This document shows positions 1 to 7,426 of a stretch of 15,741 nucleotides of DNA, piece after piece. This DNA is from a virus. The stretch lies in IMG/VR virus record IMGVR_UViG_3300043313_001602, one strand, 5' to 3'. Under the pieces are notes generated by a model, which was not told the origin of the DNA, did no database searches, and saw only the letters and a list, made by a program, of their open reading frames with translations. How positions within the stretch are numbered: the first letter of the stretch is position 1; each line of letters opens with the position of its first letter. The translations under genes and the position numbers were made by a program.

Positions 1-69
1 ACCGGGTCCCGCCTCGCCCGCCGGGCACGGCGCCCCGCTCCCACGTCGAGGGCGTGGTGATCGGCGCCC
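1..69 (+). repeat. Terminal direct repeat, copy 1 (identical to 15673-15741); contains the 3' end of the HNH gene (1-60) and the start of the 54..254 ORF
   Basis: Base-by-base comparison: accgggtcccgcctcgcccgccgggcacggcgccccgctcccacgtcgagggcgtggtgatcggcgccc occurs at both window ends. Confidence 0.97.
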
Positions 70-254
70 TCGCCCTGGCCGTGCTGTTGGTCGGGGTGGT
101 GGGGTGTGCGGTGTGGTCGGGGTGGTGGGCGCGGCGGCAGGTGGCCGAGCTCGAGGCCGAGTGGGAGCGGGCCCGGGATCCTGTAGTCGACGCCGATCGA
201 GGGGTGAGCAACCCCCCTCATAGTTCCGAACGATCGTTCGATGAGCGGGGATAG
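54..254 (+). CDS. Small single-pass membrane protein (function unknown; holin or exclusion-like)
   Basis: The GTG start overlaps the HNH stop (GTGGTGA). A hydrophobic helix (VIGALALAVLLVGVVGCAVWSGWW) is followed by a charged Arg/Glu tail. GC3 bias is good for about 45 codons and decays toward the 3' end. Confidence 0.55.
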   Translation: MVIGALALAVLLVGVVGCAVWSGWWARRQVAELEAEWERARDPVVDADRGVSNPPHSSERSFDERG

Positions 255-263
255 TTATACCAA

Positions 264-293
264 GTTGTCGGCTCGCAGTCGGCGCCGACTTTT
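264..293 (+). terminator. Terminator-like hairpin followed by a T run
   Basis: gtcggc (267-272) or agtcggc (277-283) can pair with gccgac(t) (284-290), followed by tttt (290-293). A second imperfect hairpin, ggcggtgga/tcgaccgcc (295-316), precedes ttttt (326-330). The site lies just after the 54..254 stop. Confidence 0.35.
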
Positions 294-394
294 GGCGGTG
301 GACTGTTCGACCGCCGCCTCCGTCGTTTTTCTCTCTCCACGGTCAGGCGCACACCCTAAATCGCTGTTACAAATTGCATGTAGGAATACACGCA

Positions 395-727
395 ATGGGT
401 TCTGATCAGGGCCGATTGCCCGGGATCGGCGCCAGACGCCGGCGAACCGGCCGGGTTCGCCGAGGACTCGACGAGACCCTCCGGGCGATGCGCGACCTCG
501 GCCACCTCGAACCCGTGGACGCCGCCCTCGTCGCCCTGGCCCGCGTGGCCGCCGACGAGCTCGACGACGCGTGCCACGACGACGACGAATCCCGCTACAC
601 CCGCGCCACCCTCATCGCCCGCTACGCCGGCGTCCTCGACACACTGGTCGGTCATGACCCCGGCTACGACGGCGGACCCTCGCTCGACGAGCTGCTCGCC
701 GCGATGGGCGACGAGGCGCCGGCCTGA
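395..727 (+). CDS. Terminase small subunit (putative)
   Basis: About 110 aa, immediately upstream of and overlapping the large terminase. It has a basic N-terminus (RRRRTGRVRR) and then an acidic helical region. AGGA lies 9 nt upstream of ATG 395. The track start is TTG 374. Confidence 0.6.
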   Translation: MGSDQGRLPGIGARRRRTGRVRRGLDETLRAMRDLGHLEPVDAALVALARVAADELDDACHDDDESRYTRATLIARYAGVLDTLVGHDPGYDGGPSLDELLAAMGDEAPA

Positions 728-2081
728 ACGGGCGACCCGAGGGCCGGGCGTCGCGAAAATCGCCCGGGCCCTGGGCCGCCCGCTGATCCCCTGGCAACGT
801 CACCTCGCCGATGTCGCGGGCGAGGTCGACCCCGACACCGGGCGGCTCGCCTACCAGCGGGTCGTGATCATCGTGCCCCGCCGCGCCGGGAAAAGTTTGC
901 TTCTGCTCGCCGAGGGTTTGGATGCCGGACGCACACACCGGCACCGCAAAGCGTTCTACGCCTCGCACCGCCGCGAGACCGCGGCGGCGATGTGGCGCGA
1001 CGACTGGATCCCCTGGGTCGAGGAGAGCCCCCTCGGGCGGTACCTGAGCGTCCGCCGAGCCAACGGATCCGAGTCGTTCCGCTGGCGCGGGGTCGGATCC
1101 ACCCTCCGACTGCTGCCACCCGACGGGGACGCGATGCGGTCGTTCGCGGCGAACCTCGCCATGGTCGACGAGGCCCGCGAGTTCGACGCCGGCCAGGGCG
1201 AGGCCGTCGAGGCCGGGATGTTCCCGACCATGGCCACCGGCGACGGCGGACAAGTCTGGATCGCCTCGAGCGCCGGGGACGCGGCGTCGGAGTGGCTGAT
1301 CCGCTGGCGCGACCTGGGCCGGGCGGCGGTGGCCGCCGACCCCGGGGCCGGGACCTGCTACCTGGAGTACGCCGCCCCCGACGGTGCCGACCTCGACGAC
1401 GAGGCCACCTGGTACGCCGCGCATCCCGGCCTCGGCCACCACGTGCTCCTCGACGCCCTGCGCGCCGATCACCAGGTCATGCGGCCCGACACGTTCGCCT
1501 GCGAGTACCTCGGCGTCTGGCCCGAGACCCGGATCGACCGGGCCCTCGTCGACGCCTGGGCCGCCTCGCTCGACCCGTCCGCCACCCTCGTCGGTTGGCC
1601 GGTGTTCGCCGTCGAGACCACCGTCGACCGCGACCGCTCCGTGATCGTCGCCGCCGGCCACACCCCGACCGGCGCGGTAACCGTCGAGGTCGTCGAGGAC
1701 CGCCCCCACGGCCCGTGGGTCGCCGAGCGCCTGGCCGAGCTCGTCGACGCCCACCACCCCCTCGCCGTCACCTGGGACGCCGGCGGCCCCGTCGCCGCCC
1801 TGCGCCGCGACCTCGACGAGCTCCCCACCGTCCCCGCCCCGCTCAACACCCGCGACGTCGCCGCCGCCTGCGGCGCCGCCCATGACCGGATCCTCGCCGG
1901 CGCCATGACCCACCGCGACGACGACCGGTTCACCGCCGCGGTGGCCGCGGCGCGGCAGACGAGGGCCGGTGGCGCCTGGCTGTGGGACCGCCGGGAACCC
2001 TCGGCCGGCCCGCTGCTCGCCGCCGCCCTCGCCGCCTGGACCCTCCAGGACCGCACCCGCACACCCCCCGTGATAACGTAA
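654..2081 (+). CDS. Terminase large subunit (HK97/Terminase_1-like)
   Basis: A PWQ motif is followed by Walker A-like VPRRAGKS and Walker B-like LAMVDEA. The 475-aa size leaves room for a C-terminal nuclease domain. The gene sits before the portal. There is no in-frame ATG/GTG between 654 and the conserved core, so it overlaps terS by 74 nt; the start is uncertain. Confidence 0.9.
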   Translation: MTPATTADPRSTSCSPRWATRRRPERATRGPGVAKIARALGRPLIPWQRHLADVAGEVDPDTGRLAYQRVVIIVPRRAGKSLLLLAEGLDAGRTHRHRKAFYASHRRETAAAMWRDDWIPWVEESPLGRYLSVRRANGSESFRWRGVGSTLRLLPPDGDAMRSFAANLAMVDEAREFDAGQGEAVEAGMFPTMATGDGGQVWIASSAGDAASEWLIRWRDLGRAAVAADPGAGTCYLEYAAPDGADLDDEATWYAAHPGLGHHVLLDALRADHQVMRPDTFACEYLGVWPETRIDRALVDAWAASLDPSATLVGWPVFAVETTVDRDRSVIVAAGHTPTGAVTVEVVEDRPHGPWVAERLAELVDAHHPLAVTWDAGGPVAALRRDLDELPTVPAPLNTRDVAAACGAAHDRILAGAMTHRDDDRFTAAVAAARQTRAGGAWLWDRREPSAGPLLAAALAAWTLQDRTRTPPVIT

Positions 2082-2351
2082 CGATGGTTGTACATGGATA
2101 CCGTGTAACAACGGTTAGTGTCACAGGGCCGTGAGGCGCTGTTACGCGGCCGGGTGGGGTGATCGGGCGTGACCCCCCACCCGGCCGCGTGAGGCGGGCA
2201 CGTGGGCGGGTGGACGGGACTTCCGGGTTACGTCACCCTCGGGAGGGTGCCGCTATTCACCCGAGGCCGGACCTTCCCACCGCCGCCTCTGCCGCCACCA
2301 CCGGTACCGCCGGCACCGCCGCCGGGCGGCCACACCCTCGGGCCCGAGGGT
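2082..2351 (+). promoter_or_regulatory. Atypical noncoding spacer between terL and portal (low-GC GTAAC-repeat island plus two GC hairpins)
   Basis: Stops and poor GC3 in all frames over 2082-2200. GTAAC-containing words at 2077-2087, 2104-2114 and (inverted) 2137-2145. A TAGTGT -10-like hexamer at 2116-2121. A hairpin caccct-cggg-agggtg at 2234-2249. Confidence 0.5.
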
Positions 2352-2357
2352 GTGGCC
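2328..2357. repeat. Perfect 30-bp palindrome (15-bp arms, no spacer)
   Basis: ggccacaccctcggg|cccgagggtgtggcc was checked base by base. It spans the proposed portal start codon GTG 2352. Confidence 0.95.
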
Positions 2358-3476
2358 CCGGTCTCCGCCGTCTCCGCCACGATCACCGAGGCCATCGCGG
2401 CCAGGACCTGGGGACCCGAGCTCGACCCCTGGCAACTCCCCGTCGTGGTCGCCTGTAGGGGTCTGATCGCCGACACGATCGCCCAGCTCCCGCTCATCAC
2501 CCTGCGGGGACGCCGGCCGCTCCCAACCCAACCCATGCTCACCGTGCGCCCCAACCGGCTCGAACCGCGATGGCTCACGTTCCACCGGCTCGCCAACAAC
2601 CTCACCCGCTACGGCTACACGTGGCTGATCGTGACCGACACCGACGCCGCCGGGATCCCCGCCGCCGTCCGGGTCGTCGACCCCGCCGACGCGACCGCCT
2701 CCTGGGACCCGCTCACCGGCGACCTCGACACCGTCACCTACAACGGCCACGACCTAGTCCCCGGCCTCGAGGCCATCTGGATCCCGTTCCACGTCGAACG
2801 CAAAGCAAGCCTCGGGACCTCGCCGCTGGTCGACGCCGCGGGCGCCGTCGCCTACCTCACGCAGCTCTGGACCATGGCCGGGTCGTTCTGGGAAGCCGGC
2901 TACCCGAGCCTGGTCGTGAAGGTGAAACAACGGCTCAACCCCGGCCAGGCCCAACGCATCAAAGCCGATCTGATCACCTCGCTCGGCGGCCGCCACGAAC
3001 CCGGCGTGATCGACGCCGACGGCGACATCGGCCCCCTCGGCGTGTCCCCGCTGGAGGCCCAGCTCGTCGAGTCGATCGGCGCCGCCAACGCCGAGATAGC
3101 CCGGGCATTCCTCATGCCCCCCTCGCTCGTGAACGTCGCCTCCGGGGACTCGCTCACCTACTCCACCGTCGAGGGCGAGTTCCGCCGGTGGTTGGCCACC
3201 GGCCTCGGCGCCTACCTGAACCGCCTGGAATCGGCGTTCAACGACCTCACGCCCCGCGGGCAGACCTGCCGGTTCGACACGACCGAGCTCGTGCGGGCCG
3301 ACTTCGCGGCGCGCATCGAGGCGTACACGGGGATCCTCGCCGGTCAGGCGTGGATGACCGTGGACGAGGTCCGCGACCTGGAGGGACTCGACCCGCTGGA
3401 GGATCCCCCGCCGCCGTCCCCCGCGACCGTGCCCGCCGCCGCCACCACCCTCACCGACGCCCCACCGGGCGCCTGA
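2352..3476 (+). CDS. Portal protein (HK97 family)
   Basis: Portal-like core: ...LNPGQAQRIKADLITSLGGRHEPGVIDADGDIGPLGVSPLEAQLVESIGAANAEIARAFLMPPSLV... The gene follows terL. I set the start at in-frame GTG 2352, where GC3 bias begins. The track ORF starts at GTG 2202 (another in-frame GTG lies at 2247), but that extension is a poly-Pro stretch with weak codon bias. Confidence 0.9.
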   Translation: MAPVSAVSATITEAIAARTWGPELDPWQLPVVVACRGLIADTIAQLPLITLRGRRPLPTQPMLTVRPNRLEPRWLTFHRLANNLTRYGYTWLIVTDTDAAGIPAAVRVVDPADATASWDPLTGDLDTVTYNGHDLVPGLEAIWIPFHVERKASLGTSPLVDAAGAVAYLTQLWTMAGSFWEAGYPSLVVKVKQRLNPGQAQRIKADLITSLGGRHEPGVIDADGDIGPLGVSPLEAQLVESIGAANAEIARAFLMPPSLVNVASGDSLTYSTVEGEFRRWLATGLGAYLNRLESAFNDLTPRGQTCRFDTTELVRADFAARIEAYTGILAGQAWMTVDEVRDLEGLDPLEDPPPPSPATVPAAATTLTDAPPGA

Positions 3477-3493
3477 CCCACCGGAGGCCACCC

Positions 3494-5218
3494 ATGGCCC
3501 GATCCCCCGTCCTGGCCCGCACGCTGATCGAGGCCGCCCCTACCGCCACCCTGGCCCGCCGCTCGGCTCAGCCCGTGCACCTCGACGACGCCGGCACCCT
3601 CACCGGGCGCCTCGTCCCGTGGGACACCCCGGCCGAGGTCGACGACGGCACCGGCCGCTACACCGAATCGTTCGCCCGCGGTGGGATCACCGCCCGGGCC
3701 GGCGCCGTGATCCCCGTCTACGCCGGTCACTCCGTCGACTCCCGGGGACGGCTCACCCGCGGCCCCCTCGTCGGCCGCCTCGACGGCGCCGAGTCCCGCG
3801 AGGACGGGCTGTACGGGACCGTGGTCCTGGCCGACGTCCCCGCCGCCGCCGAGCTGCGGGCCCTGGCCCGCACCGTCGGCGCCACGTTCTCCGTCGAGTT
3901 CGAGGCCGAGCCCGCCGTCGGATCCGTGGTACGCACCGGGATCGAGCTCGACGGGGTCGCCGTGCTCACCCTGCCCCACCGGGGCGCCTACGCCGGCGCC
4001 GAGGTCCTCGCCGTGCGGGCCGCCCCCGACGGCGACGAGGAGCCCGACGAGGACGAGGGCGACGACGGCGGCGACGACGGCGGCGACACCCCCACGACAC
4101 CGGTGCCGGGCGCGCCGACCGCGGCCCGGGCCGTGATCGCCCGCGAGGTGCAACGGGCGTTGGGCCGCGTCGCCCGCCCGCTCGCCCACCCCCTGCAACG
4201 GTTCTCCGGGCCGTTCGAGTTCTACGAGGCCGCCCGGGCGTCGAGCTCGGACGAGCTGCCGCTGTTGTTCCGAGACGCCTACCAGGCGCACCGGGCGCGG
4301 GTCACCCTCGGCCGCGTGTTCGTCGACCAGATCACCACCGACAACCCCGGCGTCGTCCCCCCCGCGTGGCTGACGGAGATCTTCGGGATCCTCGACACGG
4401 GCCGCCCGGTGATCAACGCGATCGGCACCCGGCCGCTGCCGCCGTCGGGGATGGAGGTCGACTGGCCGTACTTCGACGGCGACCTCCACGCCCTGGTCGG
4501 CGAGCAGACCCTGGAGAAGGGTGACGTCACCTCCGTGAAGGTGTCGTTCAAGAAGGCCTCGACGCCGATCAAGACCTACGCCGGCGGATCCGACATCTCC
4601 TGGCAGCTCATCCGCCGGTCACAGCCCGCCTACCGCGACGCCTATCTCCGGGTCCTGAACGCCGCTTACGGGGTCGTCACCGACAACGTGGTGGGCGACC
4701 TGCTCCCGGTCGTGCCCGGGCACCAGACCGTCGACTATGACGTCGCCGCGGCGGACCCCGACGGCGCCGCCCTCAAGGCCGCGGTGTTCGAGGCCTCGTC
4801 CCTGGTGCAGGTCGCGACCGGTTCGCCGGCCTCGTGGGTCCTCGCTTCCACCGACGTGTTCCTCGCGTTCGGTGGCATGCCATCGATGGTCGCCTCGCCC
4901 TACGGGACGCAGAACGTGCCGGGCACCGCCACCGCCTCGACGCTCGACGTCAACATCTCCGGCCTCAAAGTCACCCTCGCGGCGGACCTCGCCGCCGGTA
5001 CCGCCATCGTCGGCAACACCGCGGCGGCGGCGTGGATGGAGGACGGGCCGTTCGTCGTGGCGGCGCCGGTGATCCCCAAGCTCGGCGAGGACGTCGCCGT
5101 GTGGGGCATGGGCGCGTTCGCCGCGTTCATCCCCGCCGGGATCGTCGTGCTCACCAACGTCGTCGCCGCCGACCAGGCCACCGCCGGGTCCCGAGGCAAG
5201 AGGACCTCGGACCGGTGA
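3494..5218 (+). CDS. Prohead protease - major capsid protein fusion (HK97-type)
   Basis: GGAGG lies 7 nt upstream of ATG 3494. The N-terminal ~175 aa carry protease-like motifs (GRLVPWD, VYAGHSVD, FSVEF). An acidic linker DGDEEPDEDEGDDGGDDGGD sits at about nt 4027-4089. A ~380-aa HK97-fold-like capsid region follows in the same uninterrupted frame. Confidence 0.85.
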   Translation: MARSPVLARTLIEAAPTATLARRSAQPVHLDDAGTLTGRLVPWDTPAEVDDGTGRYTESFARGGITARAGAVIPVYAGHSVDSRGRLTRGPLVGRLDGAESREDGLYGTVVLADVPAAAELRALARTVGATFSVEFEAEPAVGSVVRTGIELDGVAVLTLPHRGAYAGAEVLAVRAAPDGDEEPDEDEGDDGGDDGGDTPTTPVPGAPTAARAVIAREVQRALGRVARPLAHPLQRFSGPFEFYEAARASSSDELPLLFRDAYQAHRARVTLGRVFVDQITTDNPGVVPPAWLTEIFGILDTGRPVINAIGTRPLPPSGMEVDWPYFDGDLHALVGEQTLEKGDVTSVKVSFKKASTPIKTYAGGSDISWQLIRRSQPAYRDAYLRVLNAAYGVVTDNVVGDLLPVVPGHQTVDYDVAAADPDGAALKAAVFEASSLVQVATGSPASWVLASTDVFLAFGGMPSMVASPYGTQNVPGTATASTLDVNISGLKVTLAADLAAGTAIVGNTAAAAWMEDGPFVVAAPVIPKLGEDVAVWGMGAFAAFIPAGIVVLTNVVAADQATAGSRGKRTSDR

Positions 5219-5565
5219 CCGACGCCGAGCTCGCCGCGGCCGTGGCCGCCACGGTCGCGACCGTGCTCGGATTCCCCGCGGCCTCGGCGCCGCCGACGCG
5301 GGTCACCGACGCGTCGGCGGCCGCCGTCGCCGTGGCCCGCCAGTACCTCTACGGGCCCGAGGCCGACCCGATCACCCTCATCCCCGACGGCCCCGACGTG
5401 ATCGCCGGCCTCGCCAGCCTGGCCGTGCGCATCTACCACGACCCCGCCTCGCCGGGCGGGGTCGTCGGCGGCGACGCCTACACCGGCGCCGCTCTCCCCG
5501 AGGACCTCATGGCCCACGTCCACCACTACCTCGACCCCTACCGCAGTTCGTTCGGGTTCGCATGA
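5215..5565 (+). CDS. Head-tail adaptor/connector protein (gp6-like)
   Basis: GTGA overlap with the capsid stop. 116 aa, Ala-rich N-terminus. The position is immediately after the capsid gene. Confidence 0.6.
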   Translation: MTDAELAAAVAATVATVLGFPAASAPPTRVTDASAAAVAVARQYLYGPEADPITLIPDGPDVIAGLASLAVRIYHDPASPGGVVGGDAYTGAALPEDLMAHVHHYLDPYRSSFGFA

Positions 5566-5951
5566 CCACCACCGCCGAGCTCCTCGAGGTGATCCGGGCC
5601 GGGTTCGAGGGCGGCGCCCTGGTGGTCACCGCCGGCCACGAGGCCCCCGCCGAGGTCACCGGCGCCCCCGCCGTGATCCTTCGCCCGGCCAACCCGTGGC
5701 TCGTCCCGAACCACCGCGTCGGCACCTGCCCCCAGGTGACCTGGTCGGTGCAACTCGTGGGCGGCCGGTTCGACCTGCCCACCACCCTCGACACGCTCGC
5801 CGCCGGCTACCTCGCCGCCCGCCGCGCCCTGCTCGACGCCAGGGTCGGGAAGGTCGGCCCGCTCGGCGAGGTCACCCCCACCGAGATAGCCGGTGTGCCG
5901 ATGCTCGCCGCGACGTTCCCGCTCACCCTCGATTACGACCCGGGAGACTGA
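5562..5951 (+). CDS. Head-tail joining / neck or tail-terminator-like protein
   Basis: ATGA overlap with the preceding gene. 129 aa, strong GC3. It lies between the adaptor and the major tail gene. The call rests on synteny only. Confidence 0.5.
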   Translation: MTTTAELLEVIRAGFEGGALVVTAGHEAPAEVTGAPAVILRPANPWLVPNHRVGTCPQVTWSVQLVGGRFDLPTTLDTLAAGYLAARRALLDARVGKVGPLGEVTPTEIAGVPMLAATFPLTLDYDPGD

Positions 5952-5956
5952 CCCCC

Positions 5957-6466
5957 ATGGGCAACTACTTCGACGACGTCACCCTGACCCTCACCGTGCC
6001 CACGGGGACCGGCACCGCCACCGACGTCTCCTGCGACGTCACCGCCGCCACCCTCACCCCCGACACCCCCGAGGAGATCCGCAAACGCCTGTGCGGACAG
6101 AAGACCGTGACCGGCACCACCACGTGGACGCTCGACCTGGAGTACGACCAGAACTGGGCCGAGGCCTCCGTCGGGCCGCCGGTCGTCGGCATGGGCCTGT
6201 CGCTGTTCCTGTCGACCAACGCCGGCCAACTCGCCGACTTCAAGATCGAATGGCCGCTCGAGGGAACCCAGGCCACCGGCATCGTGCGGCTCAAACCGGG
6301 ACCCTACGGTGGGACCGCCGGTGAGATCGCCGAGGCCTCCGTGACCCTCGGCCTCGACGGCGAACCGACGTTCGGGCCGATCGTCGCCGCCGGCACCACC
6401 GGCACCGGCCCCGACGCCGACGCCGACGAGGACGACCGCACGGTCGGCTACGAAAAGGCCGCCTGA
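5957..6466 (+). CDS. Major tail protein (putative)
   Basis: GGGAG lies 10 nt upstream of ATG 5957. 169 aa, Thr/Gly-rich, beta-type sequence. It sits directly upstream of the chaperone genes and the tape measure. Confidence 0.6.
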   Translation: MGNYFDDVTLTLTVPTGTGTATDVSCDVTAATLTPDTPEEIRKRLCGQKTVTGTTTWTLDLEYDQNWAEASVGPPVVGMGLSLFLSTNAGQLADFKIEWPLEGTQATGIVRLKPGPYGGTAGEIAEASVTLGLDGEPTFGPIVAAGTTGTGPDADADEDDRTVGYEKAA

Positions 6467-6783
6467 TGGCGAGGGCGATGTCGCTGTCGTTCACGTTCGA
6501 GCTCACCGTGGACGACACCAAGGTCCGGGTCACGAACCGCCCGGGTGACGTCCTGAAGCTGCGCGCCGCCATGCCCGCCGGGCGGTCCCTCGACGACGAG
6601 CTCGCCGCCGGCGGGACCACCGCCTATGAGGTCCTGTTCCGGTTCGCCCACCAGGCCCTGCGCCACCACGACGGCTACGCCGATCTGACCGTCGAGGAGT
6701 TCATGGACCGGGTGGAGGACTGGTCGATCATCGAGGACGACCCCGTGCGCCCTACCGGCGCGGCACCGTCGAACGAACCGTGA
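6466..6783 (+). CDS. Tail assembly chaperone (G-like)
   Basis: TGATG overlap with the major tail gene. 105 aa, acidic C-terminus. Canonical position two genes upstream of the tape measure. Confidence 0.6.
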   Translation: MARAMSLSFTFELTVDDTKVRVTNRPGDVLKLRAAMPAGRSLDDELAAGGTTAYEVLFRFAHQALRHHDGYADLTVEEFMDRVEDWSIIEDDPVRPTGAAPSNEP

Positions 6784-6917
6784 TCGAACTGGCTTTGGCC
6801 ACGGGGACGGCGCCGCGGGACTGGTGGGACGAACCCCCCGAGGTGATCGCCACCGCCGCCGCCCTGCTCAACGACCGCGCCCGCCGGGCCCGGGCCGAGC
6901 GAGGCAAACGGCGATGA
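6780..6917 (+). CDS. Small ORF in the -1 frame after the chaperone (T-like segment or independently initiated chaperone partner)
   Basis: Not in the track (45 aa). GTG 6780 overlaps the chaperone stop (GTGA), and its own stop overlaps the next ATG (ATGA). Sequence: VIELALATGTAPRDWWDEPPEVIATAAALLNDRARRARAERGKRR. The frame is open from 6630. Confidence 0.5.
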   Translation: MIELALATGTAPRDWWDEPPEVIATAAALLNDRARRARAERGKRR

Positions 6918-7426
6918 CCACCCGGCCCCGCCGCTCGACCGGCGACCGGTCCATCGACGCCGACCTCCACGTCGAGGGCCTACAGGAGACCCTGCGGGCG
7001 TTCAACCGGTACGGCAAGGACGCGAACCGCGAGCTGCGCCAGGCCGCCGGGAACATCGCCGATCAGCTCGTCCCCGCCCTCATCCTCGCCGCCGGCTCCG
7101 CCTCGCCGCAGGCGGCGCTGGTGGCCCCGACCGTCAAGCGACGCTCCGATAGGGTGCCGACGATCGTCGCCGGCGGGAGCAAGCGGATCCGGCCGAACAC
7201 CAGGTCCAACCGGCGGGTCACCGCCGGCGACGTGTTCTTCGGGTCCGAGCACGGCGGCGGCCGCCGCCCCTCGACCCGCCAGTTCCCCGAGTGGGTCGGC
7301 AAGTCCGGCTACTGGTTCTGGCCGACGGTCCGGGCCGCGATCCCGGTGCTGCGCCGCGAATACATTCGCACCCTCGACGAGCTCGCCGCCCGCTGGGCCC
7401 GGGGAGGGGACGAGGCCGGTGGCTGA
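6914..7426 (+). CDS. HK97 gp10-like tail-completion/neck protein
   Basis: Internal ATG 6914 of track ORF 6824..7426 (ATGA overlap). The pattern ...LQETLRAFNRYGKDANRELRQAAGNIADQLVPAL...VFFGSEHGGG...YWFWPTV... resembles the gp10 family. Its position after the chaperones is unusual. Confidence 0.55.
   Translation: MTTRPRRSTGDRSIDADLHVEGLQETLRAFNRYGKDANRELRQAAGNIADQLVPALILAAGSASPQAALVAPTVKRRSDRVPTIVAGGSKRIRPNTRSNRRVTAGDVFFGSEHGGGRRPSTRQFPEWVGKSGYWFWPTVRAAIPVLRREYIRTLDELAARWARGGDEAGG

Noticed and set aside
1-69. Biological direct terminal repeat (DTR packaging)
   Set aside because: The repeat is short and lies within coding sequence, and the phage has the HNH plus HK97-type terminase arrangement typical of cos packaging. 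An assembly overlap of a circular template is more likely, though this is unproven.
992-1885. 297-aa + strand ORF in an alternative frame of terL (also 1384..1644)
   Set aside because: Almost pure Arg/Pro/Gly. It has no start context and overlaps a motif-bearing gene completely.
612-2111. 499-aa minus-strand ORF antisense to the large terminase (also 868..1119, 956..1237 and 1469..2095 on the minus strand)
   Set aside because: Gly/Arg/Pro/Val-rich low-complexity translation typical of shadow frames in high-GC DNA. The + strand frame has clear terminase motifs and the proper GC3 bias.
2159-2458. 99-aa ORF, and the 2202-2351 N-terminal extension of the portal ORF
   Set aside because: Both show weak third-position bias over 2159-2270. 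The poly-Pro or poly-Ala reading of 2280-2335 depends only on a GCC/CCG-type tract. Portal-type codon bias begins near 2350. The extension is kept as an alternative start, not as a separate gene.
2570-3493. 5' part of the 882-aa track ORF 2570..5218
   Set aside because: It lies entirely in an alternative frame of the portal gene and is Arg/Pro-rich. The real gene starts at ATG 3494 with a GGAGG site.
3344-4524. ORFs 3344..4489 (-) and 3619..4524 (+) over the protease-capsid gene
   Set aside because: Low-complexity shadow frames; the fused protease-capsid frame carries the recognisable motifs.
6630-6783. Canonical -1 programmed frameshift site for a G/GT chaperone fusion
   Set aside because: No X_XXY_YYZ heptamer was found in the window where both frames are open. 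It is kept only as a hypothesis because the downstream ORF has its own GTG start.
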